DNA of 64,000 nucleotides, from NCBI GenBank assembly GCA_000146045.2, contig BK006942.2, forward strand, positions 375,889 to 439,888, given 5' to 3'. This DNA comes from TPA_inf: Saccharomyces. Taxonomy: Eukaryota. The notes beneath the pieces were generated by a model. It ran no database searches. It saw nothing but the letters and a program-made list of their open reading frames with translations, and was not told the origin of the DNA. This document shows positions 45,138-58,415 of this stretch, piece after piece (the first letter of the stretch is position 1; every line of letters starts with the position of its first letter). The position numbers and the translations under genes were made by a program.

Positions 45138-45902
45138 TCAAGGCATAAAGTCCGCCAAGGCAGGGTCATTATAGCTCAAGTACTGTCCATTAACACCGTC
45201 AGGAATACCATGAAGGGCCAATTTGGCATAAACTGTAGCTGGCACAGAGCTATCCAGCAACTGGTTATTCTCCTTTAAACCTCTAAACATCTTCAATTGC
45301 TCTGCACTCATGGAGGAAGGCCCCACGTTCTCCCTAATGTTAACTTGCATATCTGTGTCCACAATACCTGGGGCGACGGCAATGGCTTTCACTTGCCTTT
45401 CCTCGTTGGCCAGAGTCATGGCGAAGTGGTTCAGAGCGGCTTTTGAAGAACCGTAAGCTCCCCAACTGCTGAAGTACATGTTACAGGCGTCCGAACTGAC
45501 GAATACCACGTTACCGTTGGTCTTCTTCAATTCAGGTAACGCAATGCCAACCAAGGAAACAATGCTGAAGAAGTTGATGTCATACAGCTTCTTCCAAGCG
45601 TTGACATCAATCTCGTTGACATTTTGCACGGGCTCTAGGACACCAGCGTTGGCAACCAAGGAGTCGATCTTGCCGTGGCCCTTAACAGCAGCGTTAACCA
45701 ACTGCTTCAACACGGAATCCTCGGTAATATCACCGACAACGTAAAAAAACCTGTCGCCATACTTCTCTTTCAACTTCTTCAAGGGTGCCTCAGACCTGGC
45801 TACACCGTAAACAACCGTGTCCTTGTCCAAACTGAAAAGAACATCCACGATGGACTTACCGATACCTCTGGAAACACCTGTAACTAAAATAACTTTACCC
45901 AT
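45138..45902 (-). CDS. Short-chain dehydrogenase/reductase (NADPH-dependent), YIR035C
   Basis: 254 aa. Has the TGxxxGIG Rossmann motif and the YxxxK catalytic motif (YGSSK). It is a paralog of the adjacent IRC24, about 50% identical. Confidence 0.85.
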   Translation of the reverse strand: MGKVILVTGVSRGIGKSIVDVLFSLDKDTVVYGVARSEAPLKKLKEKYGDRFFYVVGDITEDSVLKQLVNAAVKGHGKIDSLVANAGVLEPVQNVNEIDVNAWKKLYDINFFSIVSLVGIALPELKKTNGNVVFVSSDACNMYFSSWGAYGSSKAALNHFAMTLANEERQVKAIAVAPGIVDTDMQVNIRENVGPSSMSAEQLKMFRGLKENNQLLDSSVPATVYAKLALHGIPDGVNGQYLSYNDPALADFMP

Positions 45903-46185
45903 GTTTTTTTAACCTGTTACACGCTGTAGTTAGACCCTTTTTTTTAGGTACAATATTCTTCCATTGCACTTGATCTTTTTCGTTTACGTATATATATGCA
46001 AAAGTTAATGTTCATACTGTCTTCTCTTCATTTCTTTGAAAACACCGCGGAATTCCTTCGGTGATACATTCAATCCGGTTCTTGGCACAGAAATGGCCGC
46101 ACAAAACTGTCGCTCATCGCAAACCCAATAAAAGTTTAGTAGCTAAAAACTATAACTATACCCTTTTACATAATATAGTTTAGTA

Positions 46186-46977
46186 CTAGCCCTGCACCGG
46201 CCCCAGTCGCTCATCGTTGTAGCGGAGATATTGACCGTTCAAAGAGTCGGGAATACCTTTCAGGACGAGTTGCGCTAGTACCGCCGCAGGCACCTTTGGG
46301 TCCAGCAGTGACGAAGTCTTGTACAATTGAGTAAACCTCTCGAGAGCCTTGGGTGTCATGCCCTGAGGACCCAATGTTTCCCTAATATCTTTCTGCATCT
46401 GCGTGTCAACGACGCCCGGTGCAATACACACGGCACGCACTTTATCACTGGGCTCTTCACTGGCAATGTCCATGGCAAAGTGGTTTAATGCGGCTTTCGA
46501 GCAGCCGTACGCCGACCATCCGTTATATGGTTTCACACTGGCTCCAGAGCTGACGAAGACAATGTTGCCTACAAATGGCGAGCTCTTCAAGAGGGGTAAA
46601 CACAGTGCCACCAAAGAGACAATGCTGAAAAAGTTCACATCGAACAGCCGTTCCCACTGCTTGATGTCGTGTTCGGAGTTGGACTGGGAGATGGACTTCA
46701 CCGGTTCTAGCATCCCCGCATTTGCGACAATACCGTCCAGTTTTCCATGCTTTTGCCGGATTTCCTCCACCAACGCTTCCATTCGAGACCTGTCCGTGAT
46801 GTCGAGGACACGATAGACAAATTTGTCTGCACCGTATTCTCTTTGCAAAGACTGCAGACCAGCTTCCGTTCTTGCTACGCCGTAGACGATGCATTCATCG
46901 TCCTCTTCGATAACAGTTTTCACCAATTGCAGGCCAATCCCACGGGAGGCACCTGTAATCAAAATAACCTTGCCCAT
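46186..46977 (-). CDS. IRC24: Short-chain dehydrogenase/reductase (benzil reductase)
   Basis: 263 aa. SDR motifs TGASRGIG and YGCSK. Tandem paralog of YIR035C. Confidence 0.85.
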   Translation of the reverse strand: MGKVILITGASRGIGLQLVKTVIEEDDECIVYGVARTEAGLQSLQREYGADKFVYRVLDITDRSRMEALVEEIRQKHGKLDGIVANAGMLEPVKSISQSNSEHDIKQWERLFDVNFFSIVSLVALCLPLLKSSPFVGNIVFVSSGASVKPYNGWSAYGCSKAALNHFAMDIASEEPSDKVRAVCIAPGVVDTQMQKDIRETLGPQGMTPKALERFTQLYKTSSLLDPKVPAAVLAQLVLKGIPDSLNGQYLRYNDERLGPVQG

Positions 46978-47239
46978 ATCCCTTCTTTGACAGATTATAA
47001 GTTGTTTCTCTTGTTGCTGTTCGCGACAGCCCTTATTTCCTGTATTCCTTCTTCTTTTTCTGCATTATCGTTTTTAGCCACTTTACGAAAAAGGTCAAAA
47101 AGTGAAAAAAAGAGGGAAAAAACCATGAGGAACAGTATGCTCCCTTAATATCGGAAAAGCAATAGTAATAAAAACAGCATCAGAGCTTTCCACGTCTCTC
47201 TCTTCCAAGCTGTCATCTCGTAAAGTATTCAAGTTTATC

Positions 47240-47731
47240 ATGTCAGAATTCTATAAGCTAGCACCTGTTGACAAGAAAGGCCAACCATTCCCCTTCGACC
47301 AATTAAAGGGAAAAGTGGTGCTTATCGTTAATGTTGCCTCCAAATGTGGATTCACTCCTCAATACAAAGAACTAGAGGCCTTGTACAAACGTTATAAGGA
47401 CGAAGGATTTACCATCATCGGGTTCCCATGCAACCAGTTTGGCCACCAAGAACCTGGCTCTGATGAAGAAATTGCCCAGTTCTGCCAACTGAACTATGGC
47501 GTGACTTTCCCCATTATGAAAAAAATTGACGTTAATGGTGGCAATGAGGACCCTGTTTACAAGTTTTTGAAGAGCCAAAAATCCGGTATGTTGGGCTTGA
47601 GAGGTATCAAATGGAATTTTGAAAAATTCTTAGTCGATAAAAAGGGTAAAGTGTACGAAAGATACTCTTCACTAACCAAACCTTCTTCGTTGTCCGAAAC
47701 CATCGAAGAACTTTTGAAAGAGGTGGAATAG
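47240..47731 (+). CDS. HYR1: Thiol peroxidase of the glutathione peroxidase family (Gpx3/Orp1, the H2O2 sensor for Yap1)
   Basis: 163 aa. Has the VASKCGFT active-site Cys motif, FPCNQF and WNFEKFL GPx signatures. Confidence 0.9.
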   Translation: MSEFYKLAPVDKKGQPFPFDQLKGKVVLIVNVASKCGFTPQYKELEALYKRYKDEGFTIIGFPCNQFGHQEPGSDEEIAQFCQLNYGVTFPIMKKIDVNGGNEDPVYKFLKSQKSGMLGLRGIKWNFEKFLVDKKGKVYERYSSLTKPSSLSETIEELLKEVE

Positions 47732-47920
47732 GCAGGTCTTCTTCTTTTGAAGTTAGGTAAAGCTTAGTTTTCTTTTATATTTCCTGATAATACATACTCG
47801 CTAGTCAAACCTGTCAATTATTATGTGTCGCAACAGACTATATACGTATACATACATATGTATTGAAGTGTGTGAACGAATTACGCGGCTGCTAGTGCCG
47901 TACGAACGCAACAAAACGGT

Positions 47921-48625
47921 TTAGAAATTGCTACCTAAAGCACGCGCCTTTTCCTTAGAAGCAGCATACGACTCCTCTGAGGTTATGGTCTTTAACCATT
48001 TGGAAATGGCAGGATAATCCTCTGGTGCGGCAAACTTTCTTTCAAACGCCATCTGCAAAGGGAAAGACATCAAGATATCGGCACCGCTCAACTTCCCATC
48101 AACCAGGTAGCCGTTATTTTTGGAAATTTCACCCTCCACAAAGTCGAACTGGTTCTTAACTTCACCACTAGAGTATGCCTGACTGATCTTGTCTGCCACT
48201 TTTCTTGCCAAGTACGAAATAGGGAAGGGCATACCAGAATCCTTCACCTTTGAAAGAATGAACTCAATCATTAAAGGTGGTTGCAAGGAACCTTCTACAT
48301 AAAACAGATAATAGTTAATCTGGTCTGCAATATCAGCATCTTCGCTCATTAAAACGTGTGAATGATCAAAATGCTGCAAGACATATTGGAAGATGAAACC
48401 GGACTCGGCAAGTATCTTCTTCTTACCAGTTTCTCTGTCTTGAACTTCTAACAATGGAGATCTTCCTAATGGGTGAATTTTCTTTAATTCTGGTGGAGCA
48501 CGGAAGTTAGCATCTCTTTTATAAGGGACAATTTCATATTCAAGGTTCAAATGGTCTAATAACCACAAAAGTCTGAACGCTCTGGAATGGTCCAACCAAT
48601 GGACTTTGATAATTGGCAACGACAT
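47921..48625 (-). CDS. GTT1: Glutathione S-transferase
   Basis: 234 aa with a GST N- and C-domain pattern. Position matches YIR038C. Confidence 0.85.
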   Translation of the reverse strand: MSLPIIKVHWLDHSRAFRLLWLLDHLNLEYEIVPYKRDANFRAPPELKKIHPLGRSPLLEVQDRETGKKKILAESGFIFQYVLQHFDHSHVLMSEDADIADQINYYLFYVEGSLQPPLMIEFILSKVKDSGMPFPISYLARKVADKISQAYSSGEVKNQFDFVEGEISKNNGYLVDGKLSGADILMSFPLQMAFERKFAAPEDYPAISKWLKTITSEESYAASKEKARALGSNF

Positions 48626-48725
48626 AATGCTTCCTTGATTTACCTTTTCCCTCTCATTTTAGGTTGTTGTAAAAAATATCAACGATCGTTTTATATATAA
48701 GGATTCTGCCATAGTATTTCAACGT

Positions 48726-48870
48726 TATCCACTTCCCCTAAATTTTCACCATACTGGAGCGAGCGGGTACGAGGTGAAAATCATTAGTAAATGGCCGTAG
48801 CATGAAAAGTGCGATTGTCATAGTAACAAGGAGGGGCTTATCCTTGGCTATTGCGAGGCACCCCCTCTGT
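48726..48870. promoter_or_regulatory. GTT1 upstream stress elements: three STREs (CCCCT at 48735..48739, AGGGG at 48832..48836, CCCCT at 48862..48866) and a Yap1-type TTAGTAA at 48784..48790
   Basis: Exact motif matches within 250 bp of the GTT1 ATG. Confidence 0.5.
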
Positions 48871-51800
48871 TGCTAACGGAGGTTGTAACTGCCGGTGGTG
48901 GTTTTCCTATTAGGCTAGCCTTGGCATACAGATCACCCTTAGGGCCCACTTTGGTGTGAGCTTGAGGTGCTTAACTTTGTCAATACAAGACGGGCTGGGC
49001 TAAGCCTTGTAAAAATCCTCATTTGAGCAATGTACTAGTTATAAGCGCAATAGGTGTTTTTTGGACACCCTGTTTCCGTAATATGTCCTCCCCCAAGGGA
49101 GCTTACACTCTTGAGTAAAGTCTTCTTCAAAAAAGTAAGGTCAAACCCCGAAACTGAACGCCATGCATTTCCCCCAGCCAGATGTATGTTACTATCAAAG
49201 ATCTTATCCATGCAATGTCAAGTTACCGTATAGAACCGATGACGCACTGCTCCGTGCCCATGAACTGCATTTTACCGACGGTATTTGGCTAAAGAAGAGA
49301 GGAGCTGATTCAATACAAACTGTTCGTAAACAATTACGATTCTAAGGATACTAGAAGCAGCAGCGGAATGAATAGACGGTAACCTTACAAGAGAATAAGT
49401 ACGGTTGCACTAGTAATATATATAGAAAGTGAAAGCTGGCCTGTTTTCTTTACCGTCACCTGCGCAGTGCGAGCCAAGAAAAAAATAAAATGATACAAGG
49501 AAAAAAAAAAGTTGAGCAGGAAGCAACTTTATTTGCTCAGGATGGTAGGCTATAACTTTTCTTGCAGTAGTAATTACAATGGTGGTCACTTCATTGAAAA
49601 CAGCTTCTAGTACGATAAGTGGCCGGCGTTGGACATGAACAATATCTGCGATATTATACCTACCAAATCCGAGGTTAAGCTTCCCGCCTTAGACCGTAGC
49701 TGCAATGATTCAAATCAACAATGTCGCTTCCGTAAACCTCTCGTTATATATGGTAATAATATTAGCGATTACTTACGTATCTTCTACCAGTAAGCAAAGC
49801 AAATTCTCCATATTCTAATTGTATTGACCACGGCTGTAAAATTAACTAAGCCACTCATTCTTGGATGGTTCTATCTGACACTTGTCTGTATGAAAGTATT
49901 ACTGATTAGCTCTACTTTAATCAATATGAGAAGGAACACACGGCTAAAACCATTCTGCGTACTTATTAATACTTCTCAGGAATAATTGAAGCGATGCAGT
50001 GTAATCTGCGGTAAGAGCATTAATCTTTAGTAAATATATTGGTTGAGAAAAGCGAAGCTTATCGCGTGTCATCGTGCATAGCACTGATTAAAAACATAAT
50101 TGCCCATGCACTAGCGAAATGAGCCCAGTCCTTAATCCATACGTGGTCGTGCTTTACTGAATATCAGAAGATGCAAAGGCTCTTTTCAATTATCTAGTAC
50201 ATTGAACTTAGGAATGTGGGGAAACTGAAGGTCAAGGAAAAAATTAGCGCCATATGTTGGTATGATGTCAATAGCAGTAGAAAAATATATAGACAAGAAA
50301 GACGGGGGAGTAAGAAGTTCTGCTCGAGGGTATGGGAAACCACAACAAGGTACAATATTCTTACATAACGTTATTATTATTTCTTTCTCCATTTTTCATT
50401 ATCAATCCTTGAATTTCAGCTCCAACTAAATCTGATGACCGTCTCTCACTTTCTATATCGTTCTCTACACAGTATATTATAATATACCAATAACACGAAC
50501 TCCAGTCAGTAGATCGTTGCCGATCTTCATTCTAACAAGACAAGAGATGAAAGTATTACAACAGAAAGATGGCACTTGTACTTATTAAAGTAGAAGTGGA
50601 TGTATTAGTCCTGGATATGCTTTATTTTTGAAGCATAAGAACAATAAGAACATCTTCTTAGCCGGCTGAATAATCGCTGATAATTCGATTTTAAAAAGAA
50701 AAGTACATCGAAAATTATGTGCTAAACAAGATATTAAACTTTTCTTCTTTCGATTGCACCAATCTGAGGGAGCAATTCATAAATGGCTGAAAAGAAAAAG
50801 AAATGGTTTGTGCTTTCGATTAGTTGCTTTTACAAAATTCTTGTCCTTGGTTTGAAAGGTCAACGGGTATGAGGACGGAGTTGGAACGTGGTAAAAAACG
50901 TTCATATTTGCCTACCTGTCAAATAAGCATACAGCGATAGCGACATTTCCCCTTTAGTTGGCGCACATATTTTACTAGGTTAGAGAGAATGTATGAGAAA
51001 GAAACTAAAATTTGAAGCAAGAAGGTACCATAAAAAACCTAATATATGTCTATTTTTGGAAGTATTTTTTGTGCAAACGGCACGCTATTGAGAGAAAATA
51101 AAGAAATGTTCGTACTTACTTCCATTAAGAACAATATCAACGTGCTTAACCGGCTAGAAACTGCGGAGGAAAATACGTGGGGGTATAAACTGTTCTGGGA
51201 CGATTGTGTCAGGCACAGAGTCTTCTAGAAGAAATGAGGGAAATCAATTTGGAAAAACGGCAACAGTATTTGTAAGCGCTTTCCAGTAAAATAACGAAAA
51301 AGAGAAAACTTCAGTACCACTATTTATGAAGGCACACCAAACTTTTTGTTTTTACGAGCGGCAATGACATCAAGAATGGACCCTATAACACGAAACATTG
51401 TCTAAAAAAACTTTTTGCCTTTTTTTTTTTCACTGGTTTTCAGGCACATTTTAAAATTTACATAATTTCTTCTAGAAAAAGTTTAAAAAGCTATATTTTG
51501 CCTGAATAGCCTGGAACATTCAAGGCACCAGGAACCATGAATTAAGATTATAGACTTTTTGACTGCAAAAAGCGGTTCATATGACGGATTACGAGATGTC
51601 CGTTCGCTTTGTGTCGAGCTTACGAAGATTGACGTAACCTTCGTTTAGGTTCGAGGTGTGAGGTGCATTACATCATGAAAGAGTATTATTACAGCATATG
51701 ACATGTTTCAGTAGAGCAAAGAGAGAAGGAAAAGGACCAGATGAAATGTCTGGCCAGGCCTTCAATAAGCAAACTGAGTGGAACATGTTTGCCCAGTCCT

Positions 51801-54609
51801 TCCGTTTAGGCATGCTTATATAACGCTGCATGTTGAGGGTTTTTTATGTATTTTTAGCAGGGTATCCGAGGATTTAGGTCATGAAAGTTTTCTACTTCTT
51901 CCTCATCTCGAGAGCTAGGTAAGAGTCTCGATTTCATTATGGCAATCTTGATAAATACACTGGAAGCAAAGTGTTTTCTTAAAAAGAAGAAATTACCGTG
52001 TTCTTGTGTTACCCAAAAATACTCCAGGATCTCTTACCATACATAGAAAGCATTCGGAAAAATGTTGAAATCGGTTAGCCAAGAATATCGATAATATGTC
52101 GCAGTAGAAGTTAAAGACAGATAGGAGAAGCTTGGTATAACACATGTATGACAGTAACTTTAGTTCTTAACGTACAACGATTGATATCTCATAGATTGAA
52201 TACGGGGAGAGAAACACAAGAGAGCCCCATTTTGGATGCCAAAGAAAAGGATAATGGCAGCCATAGAGCCTTTGTCGCCCCTATACCGTTCGTGCACGAA
52301 TAGATGATTTACAACGTCCTCCTAAACATCATAATAGACTCAATGAAGGCCGTTACAGTGACGCGGCGTCTGAATCATTGAACCTATAAGTTTGCTCCCA
52401 CTTTCTTGGCAAAAAGTCTGGTGTTTTCGAAAGAAAATTTTGCTGTTCATTTCTTGAAATGAATCGGCTTACCAAATTCATACCAGCAGTGGTCATCTTA
52501 CCTAAGATTTCTCTTCACATTTTCACGCAATATCTTCAACAGAATTTGAAGGACAATCTCATATCTGGATAACTCTGTTTATTTTGCTTTTATTTTATAC
52601 TTTAATGCTGTGAGTGTTTTATGCCGCTAAATACTGTTCTCTGTATATGCCAAACGTTCTTGATAAAACCGTCAACCGATAATAACAATGTAGGAGAGGC
52701 CTTTTAACAAAATTGAACGGGTTGTAATGAGGATTAAGAACTTTTTTAGTTTTGTTTTGATGTACGCCCGGATTTGCTCACCTCTTCATTCTGGCTACGT
52801 CTCCTATTTACTTTTCAGGGCTAGTGCAGTATCATTGAGTCCATTGAAGAAGAAAAAGCCTCAATAATACCAAGAGTACTTTCGATCAAGCGGATTCTCA
52901 AAAAAATTTCCACTGTTACTATTTTTTTATTTTGGAGAGTGAAAATGAAATAATAATGAATGCAAATCCTCCATAGTTCGTCAAAATATCATATTTTCAA
53001 AACCTTCCATCTTTTTCTCAAACCTCTATGATTGAGTATGAGTTATCCAGTACCAGCGCCCATCACGATACCTTAAATAGTAAGAGACAACGGCAAATTA
53101 TTAAAGATTACAAAATAACTCGAGAGTAGCGCATCTAACTGACTTTGATCAAGGTTGCCACTATTCAAATTGATGCTACTCTATTCAAACAGTGGTTCTG
53201 AGCTCAATACGGTCAAACCTTGTGTAAGAAGAAGAATGTCAAGGAAAAAGAAACTCTTAGTGCTAAAAGAAATTGGGCTGCTAGAGCTGCTTCTGCCAAG
53301 ATCAAATCTCACATGTTTATCATTCATGAGCACCGGTGGTTTCTTTATAAACTGTTTCAGCCACATATCATCTGGGCACACCGAAAACTTGTTAGTTTTA
53401 ACTGATGATACCTCCTGTTTGAAGTTCATTTATCCTTCATATCACTGGTAAAGCGAACTCTTCTTCGACGTCAAAGATCAGTAAATTCTTGATAAACGGA
53501 TAGTTAGAGTGATATTTTTTATCTAAAACGCCCCTTTTTGAATTAATTCAAACATTTGATTTACTGTACCTGGTTTGGCAACAACTTTATTACCTAAACA
53601 AGAAATAGCAAAATGACGAATAATATCAGCCGCTGTTACAACAAACTTACAGTACCATGTTTTCGTAAGGGTAATAATATTATCTGTACGGAATACATAT
53701 TGGCGGAAAAAGCACAGTCCAGCTCGCGAGATATGCAATATTCTCAAACAGACATATATTGTTGCCCTCTTTTTAACCGTCTATTGATAAAGTAATTGTG
53801 CTTCTCTCTAAATAGCGGGCACTTCCATTATATATATATTTTCCAGAAATTTTGAGTGGCGTATCTCTTACATACTACTAACACTAATCCTGGATTCTTA
53901 CACCAATTTATAGCGTTATACAGTTCAATTGAGTATAATGAATCATAGACTTTATTATAAAAGTAGTTTTAACAAGAGGAATGTTAATAGTTCATATAAT
54001 TGATTATTAGCAGAAAAGATTCACCTAAAAGATGTAGGGGCAGGTAATCAAACCGATGTTATCTAAAAAAAAAAGACATATAATTAACTTCGTTAAATTA
54101 GAAAATGCGGATGTTTCTTTGCGTCATAGTGTGGACTTGATAGAACAATACCTCAAGCTACCTTTGCATTGAGTATGACGTATTATGTAGGATATATGTG
54201 GCGAGTGATTAGATAGATTTTTTTAGCTGCACTTAAAAACAGTCAGGGCTGGGCGGCAAAGTGGAAGGTAAGTAAAGAAAAAATGGTAAGATAAGGAAGC
54301 CGCGATGGAGAAGATGAAACATTCACTGCTTTTTAGCACTGTGTTATTCTTCTTGTTAGCTTATTTGACAATATTCGCCATTGCGTTGGCCCTGGGGAAA
54401 AAGTGTGCACTTATAAGGTCGTTACTATCTTTATTGCAGTTAACAGTCTTCGTCATATGTATAATCATTACGCTGTAGGTTTCTTATTTTTATATGAAGC
54501 AGTGATATATAACATAATAAAGTTTCATCGCCTTTTACACAGTATATAGGGCTTCACCTATACAGTCCCACACAGTAACACACTGCGAAACTATGTATCT
54601 CTTCTCTAC

Positions 54610-56223
54610 TTATAAAAGAAAATAAGATATGAAGGACAATAATGAAAAGGAGAAAGAAGAACGGTATTTGTAACCTGCATTTTGTTTTTTAGTGGTGCTT
54701 TCGCTAGAGCCGCCACTACTTGAGAAAGAACTAGCATCATCGCTTTGGGCTGCGGTGGCAAGCAATGATTTGTACTGTGAAAATTCCGAATACGAGGTCC
54801 AGCTGACATTAATAAAATCTCCTGTTCCGATGGGACTACCGGGCTTATATACCCATGTACTAAAGTATCCGGGAGCAGGGGTGGCACCTGGGACAGTATC
54901 GGAGATAACCTCAATATCTTCTTCTTGATTATTAAAGCTAGCCTGAGCAATAGAAATTTCGTAGTTTTCTAAATCGTAGACTACATATGCGTCGACAAGG
55001 AAAGCATCTCCCAGCATATAAGTGGACTCGGATTGCTTAACATTTAAAACGCAACGATCCTTAGCTGATGTTACGAAATTGGATATGTTTGCCGATATAT
55101 TAAATCCTCCAAAGTCGACGGACAGTAAAGTATCGTTCACTTTTGAACAATCAAAGATGTAGCCTTGGTCGTCAGAGCTGTACTCTCCGTCAAAACTTTT
55201 GCCGATTGCTTCTGCAATTTCGGTGGGTAAATAGGAGAAAGTTGTGCCAGAATCCAACATCACTGGAAATTGAATATCCGAAACAGTTTTATTGCCAGAT
55301 TCACTATCCAAAATTGCCACACTTTGTGCAGTAATAATCATCCCAGGATTTGAGCCAAGGGTATTGAATGCCTGCAGCATAGGCAGGGTGTAAAGCTGTC
55401 CTGTGTACTTACTTTTGTCCACTGCACCAAACAAGATGCTCCCGAAGTGTGCATCAGGTCCATTCAAAAATAAAGAATACGCTATTTTATTAATCTTTCC
55501 CTGATTTTTTAATTCCATTGGAAAGTTATCATATATGAAAGGTGTTCTGTTCAATGCCAATGCGTATTCGATACCATCTGTAAATTCTGCAATGGGAAGC
55601 GATATGCCTAAAATGCCACTTGGATTGCCTATTGTATCATTTGATACACCAAAAGTGAAATCATTTAGAGTAATATTTTCGAAAGAGACAACATCCGTAC
55701 CATAAGTCCCTGCATAATACGTACCATCTCCGTATGTGTTATTGAAAAACGTCGCATTATTCTCAAAAGTAGATGAGTTGCTTGCATCGAATGTACCCCA
55801 ATAAGAGCAGAGAGTGTTATAAGCTTCTGATGAGATGGTAGTCGAAGGAAGCCCATTGAACGTTGCTGTGAGCTCGTAATTATCAGTTGAAGCGTAGTCA
55901 GATCCGTCAGACATCGATTTGCAATAGGCAATGTCAGCATTATTCACAATCATATCTGAAGAGCCAGTATCTAACTGTAGGTACAACGTTTGTGGAGGCG
56001 TTCCGATTTCCATCTTGACAACATACACTCCTATTCCATTTATCACTGTGGTGTTAAGAACCTCATTTCTTTTGAAGACGGTAGAAACATCCTGTGTGCA
56101 TATATTTATAATATCAGCCAACTTTTGAACAGGAAACTTAACATAGGAACTTGCGGAAGACCCTAAAACGGTCAATGAACACATCAATGATGACAACAAA
56201 GAGAGGATGGAAATCAATTGCAT
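54610..56223 (-). CDS. YPS6: GPI-anchored yapsin-family aspartic protease
   Basis: 537 aa. Has a signal peptide, two DTGSS/DSGTT active-site motifs, a Ser-rich C-terminus and a hydrophobic GPI tail. Confidence 0.9.
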
Positions 56224-58040
56224 ATTGATAGCTTTGCGTTGTCTTCAAATATCCTTATTTTCGAAAGAGACAAAATTTAACAACTGATCAACCAATGAAA
56301 AAAGAGAACAAGGAAGAACGATGAAAAACCCTATTCCAAGATCATAACACCTTATATACTCTCAACTTTGAAAGCAGTTCCAAAGCTTAAATCCTCGAAG
56401 AGTACTGCTTGCATGAGGTTTACGCAACAGGTCTAGTCAGTTTTAACTCCTCGGATATCTCGAGATATTTTGCTGTAGTGAGCGACAGGGTAGCAAATTT
56501 TTGGACCCTTAACCCCTTATACAAATTACCACCATATGTTCCTTTTCTGCAGCGAAAACCTCGGTGTTGTCAGAAACAATTTAAGAAAAGCACAGGCGAA
56601 ATTGGGCTTGCACTGGGTGATCAACAATGCCAGAAATAAATGAGAAGCTTTTTACTCTTGCTTTTGCTTCTTCCTCTTTATGTTCAAGCCAGCCAAGCTA
56701 TGTTATAGTGTTGAATGTCTTGAACCGTTATAGTTTCTAAAAATAACTTTACATTTTGTTATGCAATCTTCATCATCTCGAACTTTTCAACAAACGTTCA
56801 ACAGTGATGGTCTTCCCCAGTGAACCAAAAGACATATGACGCTCGTATGGTATGTTAAAAACAACATAGAGGATAGTAGGTCGGGGTTTATTGTAGAAAG
56901 GACATAAATAGTTGACGTGGTAAATTTTCATCAACTAAAGCCACATCTATTTTGCCAAGTAGGAGATAATGTAATATGTAGAGGGATCGAGATTTACTGA
57001 AGCCTCACGTGAGGGCAATCTGGAATCAGATTGCACTGGTTTGCACCATACCTCTCAAAGAAGAAAACGTACTACTTTTTTAGTTGAGTATGGATAGGGT
57101 AGTGTTTCCTAAAGTTATAAGGTAAAAGGGGCAGAGGAAAAGTCGATAATAATTTGAAAGAAACTTGCTTCCATATTCACAAAGGAGCTGGATACTTCAT
57201 GTCATCCGCACATATATCTACAAAAATTTCAACTTTTTGAGGTTGATACTAAGTCTTTCGCTACCAAAATGAAAGAAATCAATTTGGAGAGACTTAGGCT
57301 GAATATTTCCGCGTTCTCTCTGGGGATGAAAGATTTCTTACTGCAAAGAGTTTCAGTATTTACGGATTGGTTACAATTTTTTTTTTTTATCATAATCAAT
57401 TCTTTGAATATCAACTTCTCTCAATACCATCCGCCTCTCAGCGGCTACAATTACGTAATTGCACCAAGGCCTTCGCCGAGAGTTTACATATTTGCAGACC
57501 CTAACAGTATACGACTCCCAACACACGTTTAATGTTGTACGAATTCAAGAGATAGAAATATTTCTTGCATGGAAGCCGTTTAGAGCAGACTGAATATGGG
57601 CTTAGACAATAAGCTTCTGTACGAGGGTCCAAATCTAAAATTCGGATATTCTTTTTGACCGAAAAAGGAAATGTCACAGGCACAGAAAAGGGTTTTATAA
57701 GGCACCTCGGCACCCTATAATTGGCATTCCCACATTCTGCGCATACGAATACACATGAGTGCCATAAAACAATACTCCACATACGAAGTCTATGAAAGAT
57801 GTATGATTCGTTCAGAAACAAGGTCATCTCCATAGAGATAATGAGATTGTGTGAAAGATGAGATATGGAGGATATGTGAGGTGCTAAATGAGCACCTGTT
57901 AACGAATCGTTTAAGTAGTGATGACTGATGAAGGCATGGGTATAAATAGAGCTGCTTCAACTGTATGTCTTTGAGAATATGTTTTTATTCCTTTCTTTCC
58001 TGTTAAGCTTATATCAGCACTAAAAAACAAAACAAATATA

Positions 58041-58415
58041 ATGGTCAAATTAACTTCAATCGCTGCTGGTGTCGCCGCCATCGCTGCTGGTGTTGCCGCT
58101 GCCCCAGCCACTACCACTCTATCTCCATCTGACGAAAGAGTTAACTTGGTCGAATTGGGTGTTTACGTCTCCGATATCAGAGCTCATTTGGCCCAATACT
58201 ACTTGTTTCAAGCAGCTCATCCAAGTGAGACCTACCCAGTTGAAATTGCTGAAGCTGTTTTCAACTATGGTGACTTCACCACCATGTTGACTGGTATTCC
58301 AGCTGAACAAGTCACCAGAGTTATCACTGGTGTTCCATGGTACTCTACCAGATTGAGACCAGCTATCTCCAGTGCTCTATCTAAGGACGGTATTTACACT
58401 GCTATTCCAAAATAG
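58041..58415 (+). CDS. PAU15: Seripauperin (PAU/TIR family cell-wall mannoprotein)
   Basis: 124 aa. Has a signal peptide with repeated [13 protein letters not shown] and the conserved PAU core. Subtelomeric location. Confidence 0.85.
   Translation: MVKLTSIAAGVAAIAAGVAAAPATTTLSPSDERVNLVELGVYVSDIRAHLAQYYLFQAAHPSETYPVEIAEAVFNYGDFTTMLTGIPAEQVTRVITGVPWYSTRLRPAISSALSKDGIYTAIPK

Noticed and set aside
48626-54609. Searched for tRNA genes (A/B boxes, GGTTCGANTCC) and Ty LTRs (TGTTG...CAACA termini, delta/sigma/tau signatures) in the gene deserts
   Set aside because: No convincing box A / box B pair or LTR termini were found by eye. I cannot exclude diverged solo LTRs without an alignment search.
57501-58117. 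ORFs of 110 aa and 68 aa between YPS6 and PAU15 (possible YIR040C)
   Set aside because: Low-complexity with no homology signal. They overlap the PAU15 promoter or 5' end. Probably dubious.
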